Source of the DNA: Acidobacteriota bacterium
Lineage (GTDB): Bacteria; Acidobacteriota; JAAYUB01
Reading direction: 5' to 3'
NCBI GenBank assembly: GCA_018001935.1
Contig: JAGNHB010000005.1
Coordinates: 59,618 to 123,617 of the forward strand
DNA length: 64,000 nt
In this document: positions 9,376-18,539 of the stretch, one piece after another
Numbering within the stretch: position 1 is the stretch's first letter
Layout: each line of letters starts with the position of its first letter
Program-made: the position numbers and the translations under genes
Notes under the pieces: generated by a model
The model's database searches: none
Seen by the model: only the letters and a program-made list of their open reading frames with translations
Told to the model about the DNA's origin: nothing

Positions 9376-10251
9376 CTATCGGGCCTTCTCCCCCTTTGGG
9401 GTGCTGTCTGCGCGCTTCGGGGCGGCGTAGTGCCCGGCGGTGCCGTGCCACCAGATCCGGAACAGCGCCAGGAACATCTTCAGCGGGTCCCGGACCATGC
9501 GGACCTTCGAGACCTTGTACGAGTGGGTTTCGGAAACGTGCGCCGCGATCTCGCCGACCGAGTATCCCAGTTTCCGCGCGATGTAGATCAGTTCCACGTC
9601 GAAGGTGAAGTCGAAGGTCCGCTGCCGCCGGAAGATCTCCCGGGCGGCGGCCAGGGTGAACCCCTTGAGGCCGGCCTGGGTGTCCCGGTAAGGCAGGCGG
9701 AGCAGGAGCCGGACCAGCCGGTTGAAGACTTCACCGGTGAAGCGCCGGACCAGGCGGATGTTCACCTGGCGCTCGCGGAGGAGGCGCCGGCTCCCGATGA
9801 CGACGTCGTGGCGGGTGAGGGCGTCCGCCAACCGGTGCAGATGGTCGAAGGAGTAGGCCAGGTCCCCGTCGGTGAAGAGGACGTACGACCCCGTGGCCCG
9901 GTCGATGCCCGCGTGGATGGCCAAGCCCTTGCCCCCGTTCCGCGGGAGGAGGCAGCACTCGAGCCGGGGCTGGCCGAGGTCCGCGATCGCTTTCTCCAGC
10001 AGCGCCGGGGTCCCGTCGTCGGAGCCGTCGTCCACGAAGACGGCACGGTAGCGGGGGAACTCCCGGACGAAGCCGGCGACGGAGCGGACGATGCCCGGCA
10101 GGATGTCGGCTTCGTTGTAGACGGGGAGGATGAGCGTGATGTCCGCGGGAGCGTGCGTACCCTTCCCGTCGGCGGAGGGGCGGGCATCGGCCTTCGGCCC
10201 TTCGGCGACGGGTACAGGCGTAGTGATGGCGGCGTCCGGGTTGCGGAACAA
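9376..10251 (-). CDS. Glycosyltransferase family 2 (dolichyl/polyprenyl-phosphate glycosyltransferase-like)
   Basis: It has the GT-A motifs LILPVYNEADIL, FVDDGSDDGT and LFTDGDL. The ORF is open to 10491, but that extension is coded by REP-like hairpins. I favour the TTG at 10251, preceded by GGGAGGG. Confidence 0.75.
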   Translation of the reverse strand: MFRNPDAAITTPVPVAEGPKADARPSADGKGTHAPADITLILPVYNEADILPGIVRSVAGFVREFPRYRAVFVDDGSDDGTPALLEKAIADLGQPRLECCLLPRNGGKGLAIHAGIDRATGSYVLFTDGDLAYSFDHLHRLADALTRHDVVIGSRRLLRERQVNIRLVRRFTGEVFNRLVRLLLRLPYRDTQAGLKGFTLAAAREIFRRQRTFDFTFDVELIYIARKLGYSVGEIAAHVSETHSYKVSKVRMVRDPLKMFLALFRIWWHGTAGHYAAPKRADSTPKGEKAR

Positions 10252-10310
10252 GGCGGCCCTCCCTGAAAACGGGACACCATACCCGCTTTCCGGCCCAAAA
10301 TCAAGTCTCC

Positions 10311-10474
10311 CGTACGCCGGCCGAGCCGAGGCCGGCGTTGGGGCGGTACGCCGGCCGAGCCGAGGCCGGCGTTGGGGTTGCGGAGAAAACAAGGGGCAAG
10401 GGCGCGATCCCGGCCGCCCCTCCCGAGGGAACCGGCATCGGCGCTGCCGCGCGCCTCGGCTCGGCGCGCGTACC
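10311..10474. repeat. REP-like palindromic hairpin units, GTACGC-stem-GAGCCGA-stem (3 copies: 2 tandem direct, 1 inverted)
   Basis: CGTACGCCGGCCGAGCCGAGGCCGGCGTTGGGG occurs twice in tandem at 10311-10377. An inverted copy, CGCGCGCCTCGGCTCGGCGCGCGTAC, lies at ~10447-10474. The same family occurs at 56203-56313. Confidence 0.8.
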
Positions 10475-10495
10475 TTGGGGCGCGCGCGCACGGGG

Positions 10496-11062
10496 TCAAT
10501 TCAAGGGGGATTCGGCCACTTCCTGCATGAAGGTCTCGAAGTTCTCCTCCACGGTGTCGCCGCACTTGTTCCGGATGAAGTCGCTGGACATGAGTACGCG
10601 GACGATGGTGACCATCGCGGCCTTCTGCGTGGGGGAAAGGCCCTTGGCGCCCTTGGGGAAGTCGACCAGGCGGGCGAAGGAAGCCCCCAGTTCCCCGTAG
10701 CTGTTCAGGTACTCCATGGAGAAGTGGTTGAATACCTCGGCCAGGATCTTGGCGAAGGTGGGGTAGGCGTCGAATTCCACCAGGGCGTCGAGGACCTGCT
10801 CCCGGGTGGGGTAGTGGGCGGCGTGAACAGGCGGCGGACCAGGCTTCGACACGTCGGCGGCCTCGGTCTCCCCCCGTTTCCGGAAGATCGTCCAGACGAT
10901 GACGACGATGAGGACCAGGGAAACGGCGCTCCCCGCGATGATAAGTTCCATCCCGTACTTCGAGACGAAGGCGGCGACGGATTCCTGGAGGGTCATCAAC
11001 ATGCCGGGCTCCACCCTTCGAGAATACACCCTTACGATAACCCGCGCGACATCGAATGTCAA
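10496..11062 (-). CDS. Hypothetical single-pass membrane protein
   Basis: The 188-aa ORF has one TM segment (LIIAGSAVSLVLIVVIVWTIF) and a non-repetitive C-terminal domain. An alternative start is the ATG at 11002, preceded by GGAG. Confidence 0.55.
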   Translation of the reverse strand: MTFDVARVIVRVYSRRVEPGMLMTLQESVAAFVSKYGMELIIAGSAVSLVLIVVIVWTIFRKRGETEAADVSKPGPPPVHAAHYPTREQVLDALVEFDAYPTFAKILAEVFNHFSMEYLNSYGELGASFARLVDFPKGAKGLSPTQKAAMVTIVRVLMSSDFIRNKCGDTVEENFETFMQEVAESPLN

Positions 11063-11079
11063 ATCAATTGGTTCGGAGT

Positions 11080-14000
11080 TTACCGGTTCCCGGCGATCTC
11101 CCGGGCCCGCTGGATCTGGGGGCCGTACTCCAGGGCGATCAGCGCGTAGCGGGCCCGGGCCTCACGGAAGGTGTCCGAGGCCCGGACGGCCAGGGTTCGC
11201 CGCGCGATGGGGTCGGGGGCTTCGAGCGCGCGGTCCAGGAGCAGGGTTGCGGATTCCGCGGTCAGGGAGGCGGAGAGTTCCGGTTTGACCTCGCCGGAGA
11301 CGAGCCCGAGCGCAGCCTCTGCCGCGCGGTATTCCTTGTCGGGGGACTTCCCCGTCATCCGGGCGTACTCCCCCCGCAGGCGGTGGAAACGCGCCCGGTA
11401 AAGAAAGAGGTTTGGCTTGTTCTGCCGGGAAATCATCGTCTCGAGGATGGTTTCTCCGGCGGACAGGGCGTCAAACGGTGATTCCTGTTTCGCGAGCCTG
11501 GCCTGCGCTTCCACGTAGTGGAAATGCAGGCGGGTCAGATTGTGCGGTTCGGATGCCGGGGCCGCGGTTTCCCAGTTCCGCAGGGCCTCCACCGCTTCCC
11601 CGAGGGTCGCCCGGGGGTCTTTCCCGCCCGAGAGGTCGTTAAATACGAGGTTGACGAGGGTGTCGAAATGCATGAAGAAGATCTGCTTGCGGGCGGGGCC
11701 CTTCAGGCCCGGGGCCGCGGCCAGGTCCCGCAGGGCGTCGAGGGGTCGCTGGGGGTCCTTCCCCGCCAGGAGGTCCCACGCGACTTCCGCCTGCAGCAGC
11801 ATGGCGGTCCCCAAGCCGGGTAATTCCAGGTCGGGGTCGAGGGCAAGGGCCCTGCCGAGGGAAGTCTTCGCCTCGGCAATGAGGGGGGTTGGGTCCCGCC
11901 CGGCTTTCAGTTCCCAGCGGATTTTCGTCAGGAGGGCGACCCCCAGGTTCTGGTGCATCAAGGCCTCTTCGCTCAGCACGCGAAGGGCCCGCCGGTAGGC
12001 CTGGATCGCCTCGTCCAGGGCCGGGCCGGGGTCTTTTCCCTGGGCGGCGAGGATTCGGCTCTGCCCGAAGCGCGTGTTCCCGAGCTGGACGCTGAAGTTG
12101 GCGCCCCCCTCGCCGGCGAGGGCTTCCCCCTTGCGAAGGACCGCCGTGGCCTCCTCCAGGAGGGCTACGGCCCGGGGGTGGTCGGAAGACGGCAGCGCGT
12201 TGGCCCTGAGCTGCAGGAACGCACCCAGGAACAGGTATCCCTCAGGGAGCGCCGGTGACGCTGCCACCAGTTTGCGGGCTTCCCGCAACCCCTCGTCGAA
12301 AACCGGGGGGGCTGAGTCGATCCCGTTCTGGATCAGGTGTTCCGACAGGATGAATTCGATGTGGAGGACCATGATCGTCTCGGCTGCCGCCGCCGGGTCG
12401 ATGACGAGGCACGCCCGTCGTTCCTGCCGGGACTGTTCCAGGAGTTTTTCGGCGCCGGCGAGGTCCCCGGCTCGCAGGCGTTCCTTCGTGTGGATGTACA
12501 GCAGGTGCATCCGTTGTTTCCGGGGTTCGCTGTCGCTGGGGTAGCGCCGGACCAGGTCGTCCACGAGGGCGGCGGCTTGCGCGAGCGGGGTTGAGGCGTT
12601 CCCCGGCGCTTCCGGTGCGCCCGGTTGGGGGGCGCGTTCGATGAGGATGCTCGTCAGAAGGCCCTGGATGTCGGCCTGCCAGGGGAAGCGGGCCAGCCCT
12701 TCCCGCGCTTTCGCCTCCGCCGCGGCGCTCTTGCCCTCGCGAAAGGCCAGCAGGGCTTCCACGTACTCGGGGGAAGCGCTCATCACGGCCCGGCCTTCCC
12801 GGAGGTAGTCCAGGGCGGGGTTTCGAAGCTCCCGGATGGCTTTTCCCAGGGCCGCCGGGCGCTCCGCCGGGTCCAGGACCTGGATTCGGCGGTCCTCGAC
12901 CTGGTAGAGGCTCATCAGGGTCAACCCGAGGTAGTAGCAGACGTCGGGGGTCCGGAAGTCGTACGCCTCCGCGGCTCTGCGGAGGTGGTCGCGGGCGGGG
13001 GTCAGGTCCCCCAGCGCCAGCAGCCCCCGGCCGAGGGCGTAGTGCCCGGGGCCGAGGGCCACGGGCCCCTCCCGCTCCATCCGCGCCCGGATCCGGTCCA
13101 GGCGGGCCCGGAGAAACGCCAGCTCCTCCCGCGTGTCGTGGAGGGGCCGGCTTTTCACCCAGGCCATGAAGCTCTCCACGTAGCGCACTTCCCGGTCGAA
13201 GAGCGCCGCCAGCTCCACTTTGCGCGCCGATAGGTAGGCGGAGCGGGCCCAGAGCACGGAAAGCGTTGCCAGCAGGGCCAGCGAGACCAGGGCGAGGATG
13301 GCGACGGCCTTGTGTTTCCGGACCTTCTTCCAGGCCCGGTAGGCGACGGACGCCCGGCGCGCCGTGATCGGCTCTCCCTCCAGGTAGCGGCCCAGGTCCG
13401 CCGCCAGTTCCGCGGCGTCGGCGTAACGCTTGGCCGGGTCCTTCTCCAGGCACTTCATCACGACAGTCTCGAGGTCCTCGGGGATCCGCCGGTCGATGGA
13501 CCGCAACGGGCGCGGTTCCTCCAGCACGATGCTGGCGAAGATGGCGATGGGGTTGTCTGCGCTCCAGAGGGGCTGTCCCGCCAGGAGTTCGTACAGGGTC
13601 GCCCCCAGCGCGTAGACGTCCGTCCGGGGCCCGATTTCGTGGACCCTCCCCGACGCCTGCTCCGGCGCCATGTACAGGGGTGTTCCCACCACCTCCCCCG
13701 TGACCGAGACCCCTTTCTCCCCGGTGTCCCGCGCCAGGCCGAAGTCCATGACGAAGGGTTTCCAGGCGCCGCTGGCCGCCTTCTCCAGCATGACGTTACC
13801 CGGCTTGATGTCCCGGTGCACCAGCCCCAGCCGGTGCGCCTCCCCCAGTCCCTCCGCCACCGCCTTCACCAGCCGCAGCTTCTGCTCCTGGTAGAGGTGC
13901 CCGGCCTGCTGCGAGAGGGAGACCCCGTCGATGTACTGCATGGCGATGTAAGGCTTCCCTTCGATCTCCCCCACGTCGTAGACGCGGCAGACGTGGGTGT

Positions 14001-14469
14001 GGTCGAGCTTCGCCAGGGCCTGCGCCTCCTTCAGCAGCCGTGCCACCGACTCCGGGTCGTTCACCCGGAGGAACTTGAGGGCCACCGTGCGCTTGAGCCG
14101 GGTGTCGGTGGCCCGGTAGACCCGCCCCATCCCGCCCACCCCGAGGAAGGCGTTCACCCGGTAGGGGCCCACCGTGGTCCCCACCAGCGGGTCCTTCTCC
14201 GCCTCGCCCGAGGGTCCGAGCAACTTTTCCTCCACCTCGCGGATGGAGGCGGCCAGGTTGTCCTCCGGGGGCACGGGCGTCCGGACGGTGGCCGCGTCGG
14301 CGGAGGACGACCCCTCCGGGACGGGTTCCGGCGCCATCTCCCGGAAATGGCAGGTCGTCTTGTCGATTGGCGTTTTCCCCACGGGAATCTCCCACGGCTT
14401 GCAAAACCGTCGACAGCGAGAGGCCGGGAGGTTTGCCCCGACGCTTCGGCGCTGATCGGACCGGGCCAT
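11080..14469 (-). CDS. Serine/threonine protein kinase with TM segment and long TPR-like C-terminal region
   Basis: It has the Hanks kinase motifs GVGGMGRVY, VALK, HRDIKPGNVML, DFGLA and GTPLYMAPE. A TM segment (VAILALVSLALLATLSVLW) follows, then ~700 aa of helical repeats. An alternative start is the ATG at 14337. Confidence 0.9.
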   Translation of the reverse strand: MARSDQRRSVGANLPASRCRRFCKPWEIPVGKTPIDKTTCHFREMAPEPVPEGSSSADAATVRTPVPPEDNLAASIREVEEKLLGPSGEAEKDPLVGTTVGPYRVNAFLGVGGMGRVYRATDTRLKRTVALKFLRVNDPESVARLLKEAQALAKLDHTHVCRVYDVGEIEGKPYIAMQYIDGVSLSQQAGHLYQEQKLRLVKAVAEGLGEAHRLGLVHRDIKPGNVMLEKAASGAWKPFVMDFGLARDTGEKGVSVTGEVVGTPLYMAPEQASGRVHEIGPRTDVYALGATLYELLAGQPLWSADNPIAIFASIVLEEPRPLRSIDRRIPEDLETVVMKCLEKDPAKRYADAAELAADLGRYLEGEPITARRASVAYRAWKKVRKHKAVAILALVSLALLATLSVLWARSAYLSARKVELAALFDREVRYVESFMAWVKSRPLHDTREELAFLRARLDRIRARMEREGPVALGPGHYALGRGLLALGDLTPARDHLRRAAEAYDFRTPDVCYYLGLTLMSLYQVEDRRIQVLDPAERPAALGKAIRELRNPALDYLREGRAVMSASPEYVEALLAFREGKSAAAEAKAREGLARFPWQADIQGLLTSILIERAPQPGAPEAPGNASTPLAQAAALVDDLVRRYPSDSEPRKQRMHLLYIHTKERLRAGDLAGAEKLLEQSRQERRACLVIDPAAAAETIMVLHIEFILSEHLIQNGIDSAPPVFDEGLREARKLVAASPALPEGYLFLGAFLQLRANALPSSDHPRAVALLEEATAVLRKGEALAGEGGANFSVQLGNTRFGQSRILAAQGKDPGPALDEAIQAYRRALRVLSEEALMHQNLGVALLTKIRWELKAGRDPTPLIAEAKTSLGRALALDPDLELPGLGTAMLLQAEVAWDLLAGKDPQRPLDALRDLAAAPGLKGPARKQIFFMHFDTLVNLVFNDLSGGKDPRATLGEAVEALRNWETAAPASEPHNLTRLHFHYVEAQARLAKQESPFDALSAGETILETMISRQNKPNLFLYRARFHRLRGEYARMTGKSPDKEYRAAEAALGLVSGEVKPELSASLTAESATLLLDRALEAPDPIARRTLAVRASDTFREARARYALIALEYGPQIQRAREIAGNR

Positions 14470-14490
14470 CGGGGCTTGCCGGGGCCCTCG

Positions 14491-15351
14491 TCACTCCACG
14501 GTGCGGGCGGGGGCCGGCGGGATGTTCTCCTTCCGGACCGCGTCGTCGCGCTCGAGGGAGAGGACCGGCGCGGTTTTCCTCGGGCAGCCGCGGAGGACGG
14601 ACTGGCGGATGATCTCCTTCTTGAGGAGCTGGATGGCGAAGGCCGGGTCGATCCCCTTGGGGCAGGCTTCCGAGCAGGCTCCCGCGAAGTGGCAGCGGAA
14701 GATCCCGAAGGGGGTGTCCACCACCTCGGCGCGTTCGTGGAAACCCTCGTCCCGGGTGTCGTAGACGTACCGCAGCGCCTGGCCGAGGGGCTGGGGACCC
14801 GGGAACTCGGGGAGGCTTCCCACCGTGGGGCAGGCGGACATGCAGAGCCCGCACTTGAGGCAGTAGGAGAACTGCAGGTAGGCGACCAGTTCGTCCGGCG
14901 TCTGGCCGAACTCCCCCTCGATCTTTTCGGGGGGCGTGCCCTTGCGGACAATGTAGGGCTTGACCCGGCGATGGGCCTCGAACAGCCGGCTGAAGTCCGT
15001 CACGAGGTCCTTCACCACAGGGTAGTTGGGCAGCGGTTCCAGGACCACCACCTTCGCGTGAAGCTTCATGATCTGCTGCTGGCAGGCCAGGGTGGGGAAG
15101 CCGTTGATGAACATGCCGCACGACCCGCAGACGCCCATGCGGCAGGACGCCCGCCAGGAGAGGGTGGGGTCGACCTCCGCCTTGAGGTGGATCAGGCCTT
15201 CCAGGACGGTCATGCCCTGCATGACGGGGACCTTGTAGTCCTGGAACCGGGAAGGGGCGCCGGGGTCCGTCCCGTCGAAGCGCCGGACCCGGAAGGTGAT
15301 CTCGGCGATGACTTTGCTGTCGTCGATCTCGGGGGCTTGATGGTGTTCCAT
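14491..15351 (-). CDS. sdhB: Succinate dehydrogenase/fumarate reductase iron-sulfur subunit
   Basis: It has a 2Fe-2S cluster motif (CRMGVCGSCGMFINGFPTLAC). It also has two ferredoxin-type Cys clusters (CLKCGLCMSACP and CHFAGACSEACP). Confidence 0.9.
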   Translation of the reverse strand: MEHHQAPEIDDSKVIAEITFRVRRFDGTDPGAPSRFQDYKVPVMQGMTVLEGLIHLKAEVDPTLSWRASCRMGVCGSCGMFINGFPTLACQQQIMKLHAKVVVLEPLPNYPVVKDLVTDFSRLFEAHRRVKPYIVRKGTPPEKIEGEFGQTPDELVAYLQFSYCLKCGLCMSACPTVGSLPEFPGPQPLGQALRYVYDTRDEGFHERAEVVDTPFGIFRCHFAGACSEACPKGIDPAFAIQLLKKEIIRQSVLRGCPRKTAPVLSLERDDAVRKENIPPAPARTVE

Positions 15352-15359
15352 GGGTCCTC

Positions 15360-15779
15360 CTACCGGGGGGTGTTCATCAGGGAGTCCGCCCGGAGGTGCC
15401 CCTGAAGGACCGTCACGACGCCGTAGGCCGCGAGGGCCAACCCGACCACGACCACCAGCACACCTGCCGCCTTCTTGGCGCCCAGGGGGATCTTCAGTTC
15501 CCAGATGATGGACCGGACCCCGTAAAGGCCGTGGAACAGCCCGAAAATCGCCAGCAGGACGTAGACCGCCGTCATGAAGATCGACTGCATGCGGGGGAGC
15601 ACGCTCTCCTGGAAGTTGAGCGCGCCGGAGGGCCCCGCGGCGGTCCAGGCGCTCTTCGGGATGAAGCCGAAGAAGGCCAGGACGGTGTCGAAATGCATGA
15701 TCAGGGTGTGCAGACCCAGCAGGAGGATGAGGATCATCCCCGCCATCATGTGCCAGAACCAGAGTCTAGATTCTTTCAT
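15360..15779 (-). CDS. sdhD: Succinate dehydrogenase membrane anchor subunit (SdhD-like)
   Basis: The 139-aa protein has 3-4 TM helices and an LFHGLYGVRSIIWE motif resembling the anchor-subunit His/Gly/Arg motif. It sits within the sdh cluster. Confidence 0.65.
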   Translation of the reverse strand: MKESRLWFWHMMAGMILILLLGLHTLIMHFDTVLAFFGFIPKSAWTAAGPSGALNFQESVLPRMQSIFMTAVYVLLAIFGLFHGLYGVRSIIWELKIPLGAKKAAGVLVVVVGLALAAYGVVTVLQGHLRADSLMNTPR

Positions 15780-15824
15780 GGGTAACCTCCGGATCCAAAA
15801 AATGCCCTGACGGCATCGTTGTTC

Positions 15825-15893
15825 TCAATAGGCCAGTCCAACATACTCCAGGGCCGTGCGATAGACATCCAAATGTTCGTGGCCGAATGTCAT
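15825..15893 (-). pseudogene. N-terminal 22-codon fragment of a four-helix-bundle (23S rRNA IVS protein family) gene
   Basis: It translates as MTFGHEHLDVYRTALEYVGLAY followed by a stop. The H-E-x-L-D-V-Y-R...A-Y opening matches the N-termini of this family as I recall them. It lies in the spacer between two sdh membrane-subunit genes. Confidence 0.45.
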
Positions 15894-15910
15894 CTTGTTC
15901 TTTCCTGTTT

Positions 15911-15958
15911 CGACTCCCGACCCCGACTCCCGACCCCGATTCCGATTCCGACCCCGAT
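15911..15958. repeat. Hexamer microsatellite (CGACYC/CGATTC)n
   Basis: The sequence is CGACTCCCGACCCCGACTCCCGACCCCGATTCCGATTCCGACCCCGATGG. It is related to the hexamer arrays at 23211-23686 and 54540-54570. Confidence 0.8.
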
Positions 15959-15967
15959 GGGGGTCAG

Positions 15968-16399
15968 CTAGGCGATCAGGTGGAACAGCTCGAAGAAATC
16001 CAGCGTCCCGATCACCGCGAGGACGGCGATGAGGCTGATGCAGAGCCAGAACAGGAGCCGGTTGCGGTCCAGGCACGTCGAGTAGGGGTAGATGTTCTTG
16101 TAGGGCTTGCCCAGGTTGAGCCCCATTTCCGCCCAGAAGAGGCGGAACCCGTTGACGGCGTGGAAGAGGATGCACAGGAAGAGCAGGTACTCGCCCACGT
16201 GAAGCGGCTTCACGGTGTCCATGACCTTGTTCCAGCTCGCTTCGCCGCCCACCTTCTGGGCGGTGACGAAGAGGTGCAGAACCAGGTAGAAGATGATGCC
16301 GAGGCCGGTCAGCCTCTGCAACGTGTAGGCGGGGCGCTGGAGACCGTACTTGCCGGCCCAGACCCAACCCCGGAGCCCCAGGTCGTTTGGTTTCGCCAT
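15968..16399 (-). CDS. sdhC: Succinate dehydrogenase cytochrome b subunit (SdhC-like)
   Basis: The 143-aa protein has 3 TM helices. LFHAVNGFRLFWAE resembles the SdhC heme-ligand region. It lies directly downstream of sdhA. Confidence 0.7.
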   Translation of the reverse strand: MAKPNDLGLRGWVWAGKYGLQRPAYTLQRLTGLGIIFYLVLHLFVTAQKVGGEASWNKVMDTVKPLHVGEYLLFLCILFHAVNGFRLFWAEMGLNLGKPYKNIYPYSTCLDRNRLLFWLCISLIAVLAVIGTLDFFELFHLIA

Positions 16400-16415
16400 T
16401 GGCGCCTCCTGATCC

Positions 16416-18134
16416 TCAGTATTTCCGTTCCACCGGTTTCCAGTGGGTGATGGTTACCGGCAGGTAGTCCAGCCTGACCCCGTCGCCGTCACGGACGGCC
16501 AGGGTGTGCTTGCACCATGTCTCGTCGTTGCGCACGGGGAAGTCGCGGCGCGCGTGACCGCCGCGGGACTCCTCCCGGACCAGTGCGCCCTCCACGGAGC
16601 ACATGGCGCACGTCAGCAGGAAGTCCAGCTCGACGGCCATCATCAGGTCGGTGTTGTAAACCCGGCCCTTGTCCTGCACCCGGATGTTCTTCGCCCGTTC
16701 CCGCAGCTCGGCCACCTTCGCCTTCGCCTCCCGCATCTGTTCACCGGTCCGGAAGACGCCCATGTTCATGTCCATGGTCACGGCCAGCTCACCCCGGAGG
16801 GCGTAGTGGCTCTCCTTTCCCTCCTGCTTCAGCAGGCCCTCGAAGAGGCGCTTCTCCTCGTCGGCCACGGCCGCGTCCTTCGCCTCCGGGACGGCCTTCA
16901 GCGCTTTGCAGTGGGCGGCGGCCTCGGCCCCGGTGATCTTGCCGTACACCAGGCACTCGCCCGTCGAGTTCGCCCCGAGACGGTTGGCGCCGTGCAAGCT
17001 GACGCAGGCGGCCTCCCCGGCGGACCAGATCCCGTCCACGGGGGTCTTCCCGTCGATGTCCGTGTGAATGCCGCCCATGGAATAATGGGCCACCGGGCGG
17101 ATGGGGATGGCCTGCTCCGCCGGCTCGAGCCCGATGAACTTCAGGCAGATCTCGCGGATGAGAGGGAGCCGGTCCTTGATCTTGGCATCCCCCAGGTGGG
17201 TCAGGTCGAGGTGGATGTAATCGAGACCGCGGGGTCCCTTGAAGCCCCGCCCCGCCTCGATCTCCTTCATCTCCGAGCGGGAGACCAGGTCGCGGGGCGC
17301 GAGTTCCATCTTCTCGGCGGCGTAGTTGCTCATGAACCGTTCGCCGAGGCTGTTCTTCAGGTAGCCGCCCTCACCCCGGCACGCCTCGGTCATCAGGATG
17401 CCGGAGGGGATGAGACCGGTGGGGTGGAACTGGAGGAACTCCATGTCCTTGAGGGGAAGGCCCGCCTTGAACGCCAGGGCCATGCCGTCCCCCGTCACGG
17501 TGTGGGCGTAGGTGGTGAAGCCGAACATGCGGCCCGTCCCGCCGGTGGCGATCACCAGGGCCTTGCCCGCCATGGCCAGGAACTCGCCGGTGGCCATGTC
17601 GAGGGCCGTCAGGCCGGCGAAGTGGCCGTTCTCCACCTGGACGGAGGTGACGAAGACCTCGTCGTAGCGCTTCACGTTGGCGAACTTCATCAGGGTGTCG
17701 TAGAGGACCTGCATCTCGAAGAAACCGGTCTTGTCCGCCGCGTAGACCGCCCGGGGGAAGGAGTGCCCCCCGAAGGGGCGCATGTCGATGCGGCCGCCCG
17801 GGGTGCGGGACCAGGGGATCCCCCACTTGTCCAGCAGCAGGATCTCGGCAGGCATGGCCTCCGCGAAACGGAAGACCACGTCCTGGTCCGCCAAAAAGTC
17901 CGAACCCTTCACCGTGTCCCACGCGTGGAGATCCAGCGTGTCCCCCTCGTCGGGCCGGAGGACGGCGGCGGTCCCGCCCTCGGCGGCCACGGAGTGGGAG
18001 CGCATCAGCTGGACCTTGGACACGAGGCCGATGCTCAGCTCCCCGCCGGAGACGATGGAGGCCTCCACGGCGGCCCGGAGTCCCGCCAGCCCCGATCCCA
18101 GAATCAACAGGTCGTGTTTCAGACGTTTGGCCAT
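16416..18134 (-). CDS. sdhA: Succinate dehydrogenase/fumarate reductase flavoprotein subunit
   Basis: It has the N-terminal FAD fold DLLILGSGLAGLRAA. It has SHSVAAEGG (the covalent FAD His region), HPTG, RGEGG and HGANRLG motifs. Confidence 0.95.
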   Translation of the reverse strand: MAKRLKHDLLILGSGLAGLRAAVEASIVSGGELSIGLVSKVQLMRSHSVAAEGGTAAVLRPDEGDTLDLHAWDTVKGSDFLADQDVVFRFAEAMPAEILLLDKWGIPWSRTPGGRIDMRPFGGHSFPRAVYAADKTGFFEMQVLYDTLMKFANVKRYDEVFVTSVQVENGHFAGLTALDMATGEFLAMAGKALVIATGGTGRMFGFTTYAHTVTGDGMALAFKAGLPLKDMEFLQFHPTGLIPSGILMTEACRGEGGYLKNSLGERFMSNYAAEKMELAPRDLVSRSEMKEIEAGRGFKGPRGLDYIHLDLTHLGDAKIKDRLPLIREICLKFIGLEPAEQAIPIRPVAHYSMGGIHTDIDGKTPVDGIWSAGEAACVSLHGANRLGANSTGECLVYGKITGAEAAAHCKALKAVPEAKDAAVADEEKRLFEGLLKQEGKESHYALRGELAVTMDMNMGVFRTGEQMREAKAKVAELRERAKNIRVQDKGRVYNTDLMMAVELDFLLTCAMCSVEGALVREESRGGHARRDFPVRNDETWCKHTLAVRDGDGVRLDYLPVTITHWKPVERKY

Positions 18135-18462
18135 GGGTGTATCCCTCTTGAAGCCGTGAAATTTGCTGACAGTTTAAAGAACCTGCTCCCGGAAGTCAAG
18201 CGTTCCACCGCATGTTTTTCCAGGGACGGGTGTTCCCACGGGTCGTCCCGACCCGGGCGATCAAGGGTGGGCCATGCTGAGAGCGGCGACCCGCGCCGGG
18301 ACGGCGCGTGCCAACCGCCGTTCCCACGGGTCGTCCCGATCCGGGGGGGGACTCCCCGGCGGAGAGGCTTCGCCGTCCGTGGACAACAGAGCGCCTCTCT
18401 CCGCAGAGGCCTCGTCCATCACCTCGACCGAAAGGCTGGGTCCGCCTTTCCCTCAACCTCTC

Positions 18463-18491
18463 TTGACGGGGGCGAAAGGCGGGGCTATGCT
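18463..18491 (+). promoter_or_regulatory. Candidate sigma70-type promoter (TTGACG-17 nt-TATGCT) for the 18540 gene
   Basis: The hexamers and 17-nt spacing were read directly. The site is ~50 nt upstream of the ATG at 18540. Confidence 0.4.
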
Positions 18492-18539
18492 TCCCGCTCC
18501 GGGTGATTCGCCGGAGACCTCCATTGCCGGGTTGGATTC

